A stretch of 64,000 nt of DNA from positions 1 to 64,000 of the IMG/VR virus record IMGVR_UViG_3300048999_000052; one strand, given 5' to 3'. This document shows positions 1-8,383 of this stretch, in pieces. The DNA comes from a virus. The translations under genes were made by a program, and so were the position numbers. Position 1 is the stretch's first letter; each line of letters begins with the position of its first letter. Under the pieces are notes generated by a model. The model had not been told where the DNA came from, ran no database searches, and saw only the letters and a list, made by a program, of their open reading frames with translations.

Positions 1-1
1 C

Positions 2-88
2 AGCATCGAGCTGCCCGATCCGAAGCGGATCCTGCAGGGTGGCGGCTTCACGATCATCGCTGGTGAGCTAGCGCTGAGCTTCGCCTGA
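2..88 (+). CDS. 3' end of a probable virion/tail protein (partial)
   Basis: Open frame SIELPDPKRILQGGGFTIIAGELALSFA* ending TGA 86-88; resembles C-termini of small phage tail-associated proteins; converges on a terminator. Confidence 0.5.
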   Translation, partial: SIELPDPKRILQGGGFTIIAGELALSFA

Positions 89-91
89 ACG

Positions 92-130
92 CAAAAAAAG
101 ACAAAAAGGCCCCCTCCGAAGAGGGGGCCT
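92..130 (-). terminator. Intrinsic terminator downstream of the tRNA (possibly bidirectional)
   Basis: Minus strand AGGCCCCCTC-TTCG-GAGGGGGCCT followed by TTTTGTCTTTTTTT; C(UUCG)G tetraloop. Confidence 0.9.
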
Positions 131-132
131 CG

Positions 133-209
133 TGGTGGCGGGAATCGGATTCGAACCGACGACCTCTGGGTTATGAGCCCAGCGAGCTACCTAACTGCTC
201 CATCCCGCG
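133..209 (-). tRNA. tRNA-fMet (initiator, anticodon CAT)
   Basis: Reverse complement CGCGGGATGGAGCAGTTAGGTAGCTCGCTGGGCTCATAACCCAGAGGTCGTCGGTTCGAATCCGATTCCCGCCACCA: cloverleaf, unpaired C1/C72, three G-C pairs closing the anticodon stem, encoded CCA. Confidence 0.97.
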
Positions 210-273
210 ACGCCGGTAGGCGCTACCCAGGTATCTGGACACCCACCGCAAGACCAACGTACCGCAGACAAAT

Positions 274-314
274 AAAAAAGGCCAGGAGGCCCCCTGACCC
301 GAAGGTCAGGGGGC
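274..314 (-). terminator. Intrinsic terminator at the end of the leftward gene run
   Basis: Minus GCCCCCTGACC-TTCG-GGTCAGGGGGC, with a T6 tract about 9 nt downstream. Confidence 0.75.
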
Positions 315-319
315 TCTGT

Positions 320-661
320 TCACATCTTCAAAGCTCGGGTGGCCTCGCGCTCCTTCCCGCAGGTATCACACAGGGTCAGGTACCAGCCCCGATGCAGCTT
401 GGTCTTGGCTGGCTCCCCGCAGTTCTCGCAGGTCTTGTTGGCCTGCCGCTCGGCGTCAGCGACCAGTTTGTCCATCTGCTCGCGCTGCTCTGGCTCAGCG
501 TCCTCAGAGAAGGAGAAGTAGTACCGCAGCTCGCCGAACTTCTCTTTGATCTGAGCGACCTTGTAGCCCGGATCGATCTTCAGCAGCTCAGCGTGCAGCT
601 TCTCGATGATTGGCTGCCAGCCCTTGCCGACGTGATTGCGCTCCAAATCGAAATCAGCCAC
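320..661 (-). CDS. Conserved phage hypothetical (QIKEKFGxLRxY family, CxxC...CxxC)
   Basis: Motif VAQIKEKFGELRYY and TCENCG...TLCDTC; GTG start with GGAG upstream. Confidence 0.8.
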   Translation of the reverse strand: MADFDLERNHVGKGWQPIIEKLHAELLKIDPGYKVAQIKEKFGELRYYFSFSEDAEPEQREQMDKLVADAERQANKTCENCGEPAKTKLHRGWYLTLCDTCGKEREATRALKM

Positions 662-662
662 T

Positions 663-974
663 TCACACTCCGGGGTTGCTATGGATCGGCTTGTTCGCTG
701 CGCCCTGCCAGCGGTATGACTTCCGGCCATTGGCGGGGCGGTGAAAGTAGTGCTGGACGCAGCTGTCCTTGTCGTGTTCTTCCTTGGTGACGTAGTGGCC
801 GTGCGGTACGGACCAGATCAGCTCTGCTCCGCACTCCAGGCAGCTGGTGGGCTTGTGCTTGCGCATCGCCCGGCCCCAGTCCTTGGGGTACTTCATCGAT
901 GGCGGGTAGATCCAGAAGTTCGGGACGAGTGGCTTGTCCTTGGGTTTGCCTGGACCCTCACCTCTTCGTGCCAT
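663..974 (-). CDS. Hypothetical Zn-ribbon protein
   Basis: ATG with GGAGG RBS; CLECGAELIW...YV...C...HRP motif shared with 25682..25846. Confidence 0.7.
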   Translation of the reverse strand: MARRGEGPGKPKDKPLVPNFWIYPPSMKYPKDWGRAMRKHKPTSCLECGAELIWSVPHGHYVTKEEHDKDSCVQHYFHRPANGRKSYRWQGAANKPIHSNPGV

Positions 975-1000
975 GTTCCTCCAATAGCGAAAGGAGGGAA

Positions 1001-1029
1001 GGCCCCTCCCCAGGGACTCGGGAGGGGCC
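1001..1029 (-). terminator. Probable intrinsic terminator
   Basis: GGCCCCTCCC/GGGAGGGGCC stem followed by pyrimidine tract TTCCCTCCTTT on the minus strand. Confidence 0.6.
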
Positions 1030-1115
1030 AACCTTCAGTAGGACACGTCGGTTTCCCCTGAACTAGGCAGCGTGGCTACCCCGGGGCCTTACCGACAAGC
1101 AGGCCAACGCGTGCC

Positions 1116-1334
1116 CTACTGAGCTTCAGGGACGCCGATGTCGTACACCAAGGTGTACTCATCATCAGTTAGGCCAAAGCGGAGTTCAATCCACTCTTCG
1201 GCCATCAAGGACGCGGCGATGACGTCGTACTCGTTGTAGGTCTGGGTGGCGCCGACCTGTTCACCGCCCTCGTAGATGTAGACCACCAAGCCGTGTTCCC
1301 AGCGCTTGGTCCGGAACGCGAAGACCCGGTTCAC
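1116..1334 (-). CDS. Hypothetical protein
   Basis: GTGA-coupled ORF, 72 aa. Confidence 0.7.
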   Translation of the reverse strand: MNRVFAFRTKRWEHGLVVYIYEGGEQVGATQTYNEYDVIAASLMAEEWIELRFGLTDDEYTLVYDIGVPEAQ

Positions 1335-1789
1335 AGCCGTTCGCCCGCGATGGCCTCGCAGATCTCCCGGATCGAGTTCGCCGTGTTGTGCGCGTCGAAC
1401 AGGCAGTTCGATGCGACGCGAGTGATGCCTAGTTCTCGGCGGGCGAACTGTGGAATGGTCACCAGCGTGCCGTTGACGTCGACCTCGACGATCTGACCAC
1501 CGAGGTCATACTCGACGAACTTCGCGCCAGCGGCGTAGGCGACGTTGCCAGCGAAGCACCGGTAGGTGTTGCACATGGTCTTGTCCTGCCGCCGCTTCCA
1601 GGCCGCCCACACGCCCTGGCGCCAATCCCGCTTGTGGTAAGGCAGCTCGCTCTGGTTCAGCACCCACTCCAGGTGCTTACGCAGCAGCGGGATATCGCAG
1701 TCCGGCGAGTACAGATCGGCAGCGGTGAAGTCGACACCACCGTGGCGGTAGGAGATGCTGCCGTCCGGGTTGTTGCGGATCGTGGTCAT
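1331..1789 (-). CDS. Hypothetical protein (CNTYRCFAG motif)
   Basis: ATGA-coupled ORF; W...CxTxxCxAG pattern common in actinophage hypotheticals. Confidence 0.75.
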   Translation of the reverse strand: MTTIRNNPDGSISYRHGGVDFTAADLYSPDCDIPLLRKHLEWVLNQSELPYHKRDWRQGVWAAWKRRQDKTMCNTYRCFAGNVAYAAGAKFVEYDLGGQIVEVDVNGTLVTIPQFARRELGITRVASNCLFDAHNTANSIREICEAIAGERL

Positions 1790-2082
1790 GCGGTCTCCGA
1801 CAACTGATTCGCGCGCAGCCAGTGGGTACGGGCCTTCACCCGCTTGGGGGATTCAGCCCGTACCTTGCAGGCGCGCTGCCAAGGAGTCAGTCGCTCGTCG
1901 GCCGACAGCGTCTTGTCCTCGGCGTTCTTCTGGTTGAGCTTGTGTGCGGCCAGCTGGGCAGCGGCCCGGTCCTTCTTGCGACCCTGCCCAGCCGTCCAGG
2001 AGCTAGAGCGGCGAGCTTTCAGCGCGGCGTTGGTCATCCGCTTGCTCGCCGGGTTGCCCTTGTTCGCGTTCTGCTTCGGCAC
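1786..2082 (-). CDS. Highly basic small protein
   Basis: 98 aa, K/R/A-rich, GAGAGG RBS. Confidence 0.75.
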   Translation of the reverse strand: MPKQNANKGNPASKRMTNAALKARRSSSWTAGQGRKKDRAAAQLAAHKLNQKNAEDKTLSADERLTPWQRACKVRAESPKRVKARTHWLRANQLSETA

Positions 2083-2314
2083 CGTGGTTCCTCTCGATGA
2101 CGCCGGCCATGTCCCAGCCCAGGATCAACTTATTGAAACAGAGGCGATGGTAGTTAGTGACTTCCTCCTGACCACCAAGGTGTGGAATCTGAACGCCGTG
2201 ATCATCCGTAGCGAACGGGATCCCGCAGAACTGACACGGCTCGGTCAGCGGAATCGGAATCTCGTAGTCGGGGTGGTTAACCGGCGCACCCCAGGACTCA
2301 CCGAACCAACGCAT
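2003..2314 (-). CDS. Hypothetical Zn-binding protein (MRWFGESWGAP...CxxC...HxxC)
   Basis: TAATG-coupled start; CQFC and HRLC ligands. Confidence 0.7.
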   Translation of the reverse strand: MRWFGESWGAPVNHPDYEIPIPLTEPCQFCGIPFATDDHGVQIPHLGGQEEVTNYHRLCFNKLILGWDMAGVIERNHGAEAEREQGQPGEQADDQRRAESSPL

Positions 2315-2448
2315 TACCAACCTCCTGGGCCGGGACCGTGCCCGTCACTCTCACAGGCTGCCATTGCCAGCAGTCCGGCGGTAAGCAGGAGGGCCAGCTT
2401 GAACCCGCGGCCGGGGAACCGGCACTGCAGGTACGTCAGAAGCGTCAT
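2314..2448 (-). CDS. Tiny putative lipoprotein (44 aa, not in ORF track)
   Basis: MTLLTYLQCRFPGRGFKLALLLTAGLLAMAAC-ESDGHGPGPGGW*; hydrophobic stretch plus lipobox-like MAAC; stop overlaps next ATG. Confidence 0.55.
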   Translation of the reverse strand: MTLLTYLQCRFPGRGFKLALLLTAGLLAMAACESDGHGPGPGGW

Positions 2449-2635
2449 TGTTTCTCACCCCTTCCCGGATGTTGAACGAACGGATCCGGGTAGCGATGAG
2501 AATGGATAGCCCCACAGCACCACGCTGTTGGACGGCTCGGACTTCAGCTTTGAGCTGGTCGGCTACGCGCGCGCCCAGCTCGGCCTTGTCTTGTTGGAAC
2601 TGCCTGGCCTCCGGCCAGAGTCCCTCCTTGATCAT
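2351..2635 (-). CDS. Hypothetical protein
   Basis: ATGA-coupled ORF with GAGAGG RBS. Confidence 0.6.
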   Translation of the reverse strand: MIKEGLWPEARQFQQDKAELGARVADQLKAEVRAVQQRGAVGLSILIATRIRSFNIREGVRNNDASDVPAVPVPRPRVQAGPPAYRRTAGNGSL

Positions 2636-2805
2636 TGCCTCTCTTTCTTGATGAGTTGGCAGTGGCGCTCAAACTCGCGCCAAGCTGCAGGTCGGGTGAC
2701 GGCATCGGATTCGAAGTCGCCACACGAGCAGTGGACGTTGTACTTGTTGCTGATCGGGTTGTGGCCCTCGGGCCAGGTGGTTTTCCCGGCCCGAGGGATG
2801 TGCAC
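2632..2805 (-). CDS. Small Zn-binding hypothetical (CSCG...H)
   Basis: GTG start after GGAGGAG; HCSCGDF...FERH. Confidence 0.6.
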   Translation of the reverse strand: MHIPRAGKTTWPEGHNPISNKYNVHCSCGDFESDAVTRPAAWREFERHCQLIKKERQ

Positions 2806-2813
2806 GCTAGGCG

Positions 2814-3311
2814 TTACTCCTCCTTTGGTTTGGCCAGCATGTCTTCGGTGACGACGTACTCCCGAATACCTGGCGTCATGGTGAACTTGATGTCCGAGGT
2901 CAGGTCGAAGGTGATGGACGTGTTCTGCACGATCTTGGCGTCGTGCGCGTCCAGAACCTCTGTCCAGACCTGGTACTCCTGGTACTTGGTCAGCGGGCCA
3001 CGCTCCGCGCATTTGCGCGTCTTCTCGCCAGCCAGTTCGATCAGGTCGCCTGCCTTCAGCCTGACGATCCGGGTCGTGACGTTAGTGACCAACTTGGCGT
3101 ACTCCGCTCCAGGAGCACCGAGGTCCTTGATATCGGCGGCGTTTTTGAGCGCCTCCTCCCAAACCAAGATGTCTTGGATGGTGGTGGTTGGCCGCCGGAG
3201 CGTTCTCAGGTTCCTGCGCTCCGCATCAACGATCGCCTTATCCTCAGCAGGCATGGAGTTGTAGGCATCGTTGATTGCGTTGATCCGATTCTTTCGCTCC
3301 TCGGCCGTCAT
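2814..3311 (-). CDS. Hypothetical protein
   Basis: 165-aa ORF with phage-like codon usage. Confidence 0.7.
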   Translation of the reverse strand: MTAEERKNRINAINDAYNSMPAEDKAIVDAERRNLRTLRRPTTTIQDILVWEEALKNAADIKDLGAPGAEYAKLVTNVTTRIVRLKAGDLIELAGEKTRKCAERGPLTKYQEYQVWTEVLDAHDAKIVQNTSITFDLTSDIKFTMTPGIREYVVTEDMLAKPKEE

Positions 3312-3374
3312 CGTTACGCTTGCGGCGCTGGTGGTCTCCCCACCCGTCGCGTCGGACGGGGCCTCACCAGCACT

Positions 3375-3713
3375 CTAATTGCAGCAGTCGCCCGCGGCGT
3401 CCAAGTCCTTGAAGTTGTCGCCGCACCGGCCGCACATCCACAACTGGTAGCGGGTGAAGTTCGCGTCGGACTCCGCGACCGGGATCGAGCAGCCGTTGTA
3501 GCACCGGTCAGCAACGAGCCGCTCCGGCGGACGGTAGTCCGGGTTCATCGATTCGTTGGCGGTCTCGAAGTCCGGGTACTCCTCGATGGACCCGAAGTAG
3601 TCCTTGTCCTTGTCCACCCAACCGTCGATCCGCTGCGGAGCGCCGGGCATCCTGGTGCCCTGGCAGTTCTTGCAGTCGTAGAAGGTGCCGGGCTTAACGG
3701 GCTTGGCGAGCAT
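3375..3713 (-). CDS. Cys-rich metal-binding protein, paralog of 3713..4081
   Basis: CKNC...IDGW...CGRC...DAAGDCC. Confidence 0.75.
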   Translation of the reverse strand: MLAKPVKPGTFYDCKNCQGTRMPGAPQRIDGWVDKDKDYFGSIEEYPDFETANESMNPDYRPPERLVADRCYNGCSIPVAESDANFTRYQLWMCGRCGDNFKDLDAAGDCCN

Positions 3714-4081
3714 TACTTCTCCTCGTCTGAGCAGCAGTCGGCTGCTTGATCTAGCGTGAGGTACTGGGTCGTACAGACCCCACAGATGTGGATGACGTCG
3801 AAGGCCTCCATCTCCCAGCCGTCATCGGAGTCGTGCTTGTAGCTTGGGCACTCCAGGTAGGACGCGTCAGACAGGGTGTCTTCGTCCCAGTCGTTGGCCT
3901 CAGCTGCGTCGTACTTGTCGTCGTAGTCGTCGGCATCGGCGACCCAGGCGCCGTCTTCATCCCTCCAGCCCTCGATGATGTCCAGATTGCCCTTGCGGAC
4001 TTTCCGATGCTTCCTATCCCCGTCGAGGTTGTCGCAACCTTCGCAAGTGTGGAAGTCACCCTTGATCTGCATCGCCCGCAT
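3713..4081 (-). CDS. Cys-rich acidic protein, paralog of 3375..3713
   Basis: CEGC...IEGW...CGVC...DQAADCC. Confidence 0.75.
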   Translation of the reverse strand: MRAMQIKGDFHTCEGCDNLDGDRKHRKVRKGNLDIIEGWRDEDGAWVADADDYDDKYDAAEANDWDEDTLSDASYLECPSYKHDSDDGWEMEAFDVIHICGVCTTQYLTLDQAADCCSDEEK

Positions 4082-4358
4082 GTTCGTCCTTCAGGTCAGG
4101 GCAGTCTGCAGGGTCAAGATCACCCATGAACTTGTCGCAGACCGCACACACGACTTGGTGCCAGCAGTGTTTCCAACCCTCCAAGCCTTCGTCGCCGCAC
4201 TTGATCCCAATCTGTGCTCCCCAGCCGATCTTCTCGATCGTCGGCTTATGCGGTACGCCAGATCTGCCCCGGCACCAACGCCAGGTGTCTTTCTTCTTCC
4301 GACCCAAACGCGGTCGTACTGGATGCTGGTCGGGCTTGTACCTCCTCTTGCTGCTCAT
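4056..4358 (-). CDS. Hypothetical Zn-binding protein
   Basis: KKDTWRWCRG...H...C...CxH...CxxC pattern. Confidence 0.7.
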   Translation of the reverse strand: MSSKRRYKPDQHPVRPRLGRKKKDTWRWCRGRSGVPHKPTIEKIGWGAQIGIKCGDEGLEGWKHCWHQVVCAVCDKFMGDLDPADCPDLKDEHAGDADQG

Positions 4359-4364
4359 GCCAGC

Positions 4365-5165
4365 TCACCATTTGTCGTTTAGATCTTCACCGGGCTTGAG
4401 GTGGATGGCACCGATGCCGGGCGCGCGCTCGGTCAGCACCTTGTTCCGGATCGAACCCTCCTTCGCGTCCAGCGAGACCACCGCCATCACGCCGAGGTGG
4501 GAGGCCACCGCCCGTAGGAAGCTGGCGACAACCAAGTCGATCCGAGCCTCACGCTCTTCGAGCGGCATCACCTTCAACTGGTCCTTGAGCACCTGGGGCA
4601 TCGGCGGCAGATCAGGCCGGTTGCCTTCAGTAGCCGACATGGCGTCCTCGGCCATCGTGGTGTCCAACCACATCGTCGAGACGACCTCAACGAAGTTGCT
4701 GTGCTCCAAACCGTGACCGAGCCGCTGGCCCCAGTTGACTTTCGGGCCGTCGAGGTCGAACAGCAACATGTCCTCGGCCATCTCGCCGGTCCGCGCCCAG
4801 GCATAGACCGCGATGGCCTCATGGATCATCCCCGGACTCAGCCAGTCCGGACGGGTCTCCAGCGCCTCATTCATCTCGTTGTCGGCCCAGGGTTTACCCG
4901 TACCAGGCGAGATCAGCAGATCGCTGTGGTAGGTCTCCATTGCCAGCCAGATCTCATCCGCACCCATTCCGGTGATGGAGAACTTGAGCAACATCTGCAG
5001 GATGTTCTCGTTGGGTTCGGCCACCATCGTGCCCACGGTCTTGTTGCGCCGGCGGATCTCGATCGTGAGCGGGCTGTCCGGCTCAGTTGGGTAGGCCTCG
5101 ACTAGTGCCTCCTTGCTCTTCTTGACGCGTTCAATAAAGACTTCGAGGTTCTCCTGAACAGTCAT
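4365..5165 (-). CDS. Hypothetical protein
   Basis: TGATG-coupled start MTVQENLE, 266 aa. Confidence 0.75.
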   Translation of the reverse strand: MTVQENLEVFIERVKKSKEALVEAYPTEPDSPLTIEIRRRNKTVGTMVAEPNENILQMLLKFSITGMGADEIWLAMETYHSDLLISPGTGKPWADNEMNEALETRPDWLSPGMIHEAIAVYAWARTGEMAEDMLLFDLDGPKVNWGQRLGHGLEHSNFVEVVSTMWLDTTMAEDAMSATEGNRPDLPPMPQVLKDQLKVMPLEEREARIDLVVASFLRAVASHLGVMAVVSLDAKEGSIRNKVLTERAPGIGAIHLKPGEDLNDKW

Positions 5166-5578
5166 CAGCTCAACAGGCTCCCGTGCATCCGGTTGTGGTG
5201 ATTCCCCAAGTGCTGGGGGTAGTCGAATGATCGCTCGCACTTGGTGCCTGACATCTGATCGACTTGCGGACAGATGTACTTGCCCTCCTCGTTCTTGTAC
5301 TTCTCGAACGATCCCCTGGGTAGCTCCGACTGGGACCGCCGCTTGTAGTTCCTGCCGCTGGGTGGTCGCCCCGGACCACGGCGACGCTTCTGCTCAGAGG
5401 CCGAGAAGAGGGGCTGGAGCAGATCGCGGACCTTGTCCATGCAAGGGTTACAGAGCTCGACTAGGTAGTCGACTCCATTCCACGTCCAGTCCCTTTCCTC
5501 GGGGGCCTCTTCATCCTCATCGCTCCACTTGCGCTTGCACCAGTCGCAGATGATGAGGACTTGCACTTGCTTGGCCAT
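5165..5578 (-). CDS. Lsr2-like nucleoid protein with AT-hook and C2H2-type finger
   Basis: MAKQVQVLIICD...WNGVDYLVELC...KVRDLLQPLF matches the Lsr2 dimerisation domain pattern; RRRGPGRPP; YICP...CERSF...LGNHHNRMH. Confidence 0.7.
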   Translation of the reverse strand: MAKQVQVLIICDWCKRKWSDEDEEAPEERDWTWNGVDYLVELCNPCMDKVRDLLQPLFSASEQKRRRGPGRPPSGRNYKRRSQSELPRGSFEKYKNEEGKYICPQVDQMSGTKCERSFDYPQHLGNHHNRMHGSLLS

Positions 5579-5649
5579 CGGTTCTCCTGACACCTACGGG
5601 TGTGCCGGTCGTCTTCCGGCTGAACCTACTGCTTCTCAAAAGGAGGGTC

Positions 5650-5880
5650 TTACTCGATCACAACGGCGGCCAGTTCGCCCCGGGGGTAGGTACGAAGGGT
5701 GACTTCCTCGGCAGGGTACAGGAAGGCCCAGTTCTGGCCGAGACAACGGAAGGCAGCCTCATAGGCCGCCTCTTCGGTTTCAGCCCAGATGCTGACCCAA
5801 CCGTCCGGGTGCGCATCTTCGAAGTAGGGATGTGGCTCGTGCTCGTACTTGGTGCCGAACGTGACCCGGTATTCCTTCAC
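5650..5880 (-). CDS. Conserved phage hypothetical (VTFG...HP...GW...WAFLY)
   Basis: GTGA-coupled ORF; recognisable motif. Confidence 0.7.
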   Translation of the reverse strand: MKEYRVTFGTKYEHEPHPYFEDAHPDGWVSIWAETEEAAYEAAFRCLGQNWAFLYPAEEVTLRTYPRGELAAVVIE

Positions 5881-6077
5881 TCGAACTCCAGTACGTACTC
5901 GTCGGCGTTCTCCGGGTGAAGTTTGGCGGTGACCCGGACGCTGAGACTGGGATCGGAATTCGTATCCAGGACGACGGTGAAGTCATCCATCACGAAGACC
6001 TCATCCATCCGGTCCCGGAACTCTTCCAACGCGTCCGTGAGTACCTTCATGCACTCGAAGGGAACCTGCTTAGCCAC
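5877..6077 (-). CDS. Small acidic hypothetical
   Basis: Coupled ORF. Confidence 0.65.
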   Translation of the reverse strand: MAKQVPFECMKVLTDALEEFRDRMDEVFVMDDFTVVLDTNSDPSLSVRVTAKLHPENADEYVLEFE

Positions 6078-6309
6078 CGAACTTCACCCACCACTTCAGG
6101 CCGTCGTGGTGGGCAGCCACCACGTTGTCATTGATACGCAGAACAACATCGGCAGTGACGATCGCCGCGATGCCCTGCAGAGCGACTTCTGTTGCCTCCA
6201 ATGCTTCCTGGATCTCTTCGAGATCGTTGAGTTGCCAGACCTTTTCGTCTCCCGACGCAGCCCGGGCTGGACCCTTCTTAGGCTCTAACTTCTTCTCTGG
6301 GGCGGGCAC
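6070..6309 (-). CDS. Hypothetical protein
   Basis: GTG start after GGAG; start uncertain. Confidence 0.6.
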   Translation of the reverse strand: MPAPEKKLEPKKGPARAASGDEKVWQLNDLEEIQEALEATEVALQGIAAIVTADVVLRINDNVVAAHHDGLKWWVKFGG

Positions 6310-6314
6310 CTGAC

Positions 6315-6608
6315 CTACTCCAGAGCTGATTTCAGAATTGTCTGAACGTTGTTGCGCCACATCTCCTTGGAGCCGTCCGGGAGCTGTGCCCAGTCCGTTC
6401 CGGTCGAGGAGAAGTAGTTGATGCAGGCCCGTTCCACCGTGCGGGGGTCATACATGTGGTCGGTGAAGGCCTGGATGGCAGCATCAGCTGCCTGCTCTGC
6501 GGTGAAGGTGTCCCCGATGTGGTTGGCGAACCCCATCCGGGTTTCTTCCTTGGAGACCACCGCTTGAGTCAGCTCGGACAGAACGGCTGACTCTTGATTG
6601 TCGGACAA
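6315..6608 (-). CDS. Hypothetical protein
   Basis: TTG start after AGGAGG RBS. Confidence 0.7.
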   Translation of the reverse strand: MSDNQESAVLSELTQAVVSKEETRMGFANHIGDTFTAEQAADAAIQAFTDHMYDPRTVERACINYFSSTGTDWAQLPDGSKEMWRNNVQTILKSALE

Positions 6609-6629
6609 AATTCCTCCTGTTAGGGCTTG

Positions 6630-6959
6630 CTACTTCTTCGCGTTCGACTGCATCAACCGCTTCAGATCGAACTCGATGAAGTCAACAGGCTCCGCTATGT
6701 AAGCGGCGAGCGCTTCGGCTTCCTGACGGATGTTCAGGCGACGGGCGGACAGAAACCCCAGTCCCCAAAACGATCCAGTGCAGCCGAGCGAAAGGAACGT
6801 GAACGCCACGTCGAAGCCGAAGCTGAACGTGACGACCATGTTCATGGCGACCCAGGGTAGGAACCAGAGGGCAGTACGAACCGCCCGGGTCTTGGACAGG
6901 GGCGCGGTCAAGAACCACACCCAGATGATCTTGCAACGGCGCCTCACTGCTGTGTTCAC
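6630..6959 (-). CDS. Membrane protein
   Basis: Two hydrophobic segments; GTGA coupling. Confidence 0.65.
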   Translation of the reverse strand: MNTAVRRRCKIIWVWFLTAPLSKTRAVRTALWFLPWVAMNMVVTFSFGFDVAFTFLSLGCTGSFWGLGFLSARRLNIRQEAEALAAYIAEPVDFIEFDLKRLMQSNAKK

Positions 6960-7423
6960 TCTGGTGCACTCCCCAGTATTTTCATGTAGTCAATGTCCGA
7001 CCCCTGCTGCCAGGGGAACCGCCCGGAGCTATCCGGGTAGCAGATCTGCACTCCCTTCAGTGGTGTAGTGGGATCGAAGACGACCCGGTTCAGGCTCAGG
7101 ATGTTCTTGGCGTGGAGGTCGCTCAGCTCCACCATCTTGAAGCTGAGGTGTTCAACGGTCTCGAAGAACTCCTTGGTGATCACCCGGCCATGGGTGAACG
7201 GCCCCTGCTTGATCTGCAGCTGCGCCATCCGATCCAAGACCTGGTGGGCCACGTACTCCGGCATTCCGACCACGACCAGCTCCGGCAGGCCCTGCTTGAC
7301 CAAGCCGATGGTGTAGTGGAACTGATCGCGTAGTTCGTTGTTCTCGCCGCCTGCGAGGAAGGCATAACCCTGTCGATCGATCAGGGTTCGGGCCTCCCTA
7401 ATCAGGCTGAGCACGTCGTGCAT
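6956..7423 (-). CDS. DUF4262-family protein
   Basis: FHYTIGL...LPELVVVGMP...QICYPDSSGRFPW signature. Confidence 0.85.
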   Translation of the reverse strand: MHDVLSLIREARTLIDRQGYAFLAGGENNELRDQFHYTIGLVKQGLPELVVVGMPEYVAHQVLDRMAQLQIKQGPFTHGRVITKEFFETVEHLSFKMVELSDLHAKNILSLNRVVFDPTTPLKGVQICYPDSSGRFPWQQGSDIDYMKILGSAPE

Positions 7424-7454
7424 GTGTTCTCCCGAACTGACGATAGGACGGTGA

Positions 7455-7496
7455 AGGGGGAGAATCGAGGGCCCCGTGACCCCCGATTCTCCCCCT
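7455..7496 (-). terminator. Strong hairpin, probable terminator
   Basis: Perfect 13-bp stem AGGGGGAGAATCG/CGATTCTCCCCCT just after the 7519 gene; weak U-tract. Confidence 0.6.
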
Positions 7497-7518
7497 GTCG
7501 CGCTAGGCCGTCACTGGA

Positions 7519-8331
7519 TTAGCAGTGGTTGACGCCCAGGATGTCGCCGGAGTTACCCGACGTCTGCTGGACGTGGTTCTCACAAGTGGCCGCGGCGGCA
7601 TAGCTCCACTTGTAGTCCACCCCGTTGAAGCCGGCGAACTGCGTACCGGCCGGGAAGGCCATCTTCATCCAGTTGCTGGTGCTCGGGCTATTGCCGGTCA
7701 CCGTGGCGTCGACGTTGGTGCTGTTCGGGGCGTCGCTGCTGGCATAGAACTCGATCTCGTAGACGCCGTTGACGGTGCCCTGGACGATGCCGTTGATCGG
7801 GGTGGCGCTGTTCGGGCCGTGTGCCCCGGCCACGGTGGTGAAGGTGCCGTTGTCCTTGATCGTGCCGGTGTAGAACCAGCACTTGACCGCGCCCGCGCCG
7901 CACTTGCTGGCCTCGGCCGCGCTCTGGCGAACCACGGTCAGGGTGCGAGTCATCGCGTCCTTGGCCCAGACCGAGGCGTCAGTGGCAGTGTCGTCGCGGC
8001 CGGTGACCATGGTGTCGGCAGTGACGGTCAAGATGGCGTCCTTGCCGTCAGTGCCCGGCGTACCCGGCACATTGGTCAGACCGGCGAGGATCTTGTCCTG
8101 GGTCGCCTTGTCGAGCTTGTTCCAGCTGACCGCGTGGTCGACCAGCTGCGGGTTGCCGACCGAACGAGGACACAGCGGCCAGGTGGTCGGCGGGTGGTTG
8201 CAGTCCGGCTTGACGGCCGAAGCCACTGCTGCCGGGCTGGCCTGTGACTGCGAGGCGTTCCACACGCCCACCCCAACGAGCCCGGCGACGATTGCGACGC
8301 CAGCCAGGATCTTCTTCGTGCGTGATTTCAC
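7519..8331 (-). CDS. Secreted/exported protein
   Basis: Signal peptide (KSRTKK + hydrophobic core + SQA), short G-x-x stretch, paired Cys, T/G/N-rich beta domain. Confidence 0.75.
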   Translation of the reverse strand: MKSRTKKILAGVAIVAGLVGVGVWNASQSQASPAAVASAVKPDCNHPPTTWPLCPRSVGNPQLVDHAVSWNKLDKATQDKILAGLTNVPGTPGTDGKDAILTVTADTMVTGRDDTATDASVWAKDAMTRTLTVVRQSAAEASKCGAGAVKCWFYTGTIKDNGTFTTVAGAHGPNSATPINGIVQGTVNGVYEIEFYASSDAPNSTNVDATVTGNSPSTSNWMKMAFPAGTQFAGFNGVDYKWSYAAAATCENHVQQTSGNSGDILGVNHC

Positions 8332-8383
8332 TTCATTCTCCTTGCGAGAACGCCAGTCAGCCTCCCCATTGGAGGCTGTAACT

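Noticed and set aside
133-209. tRNA as a prophage attachment site
   Set aside because: No integrase, no duplicated tRNA 3' fragment in the window, and the upstream partial ORF looks phage-structural
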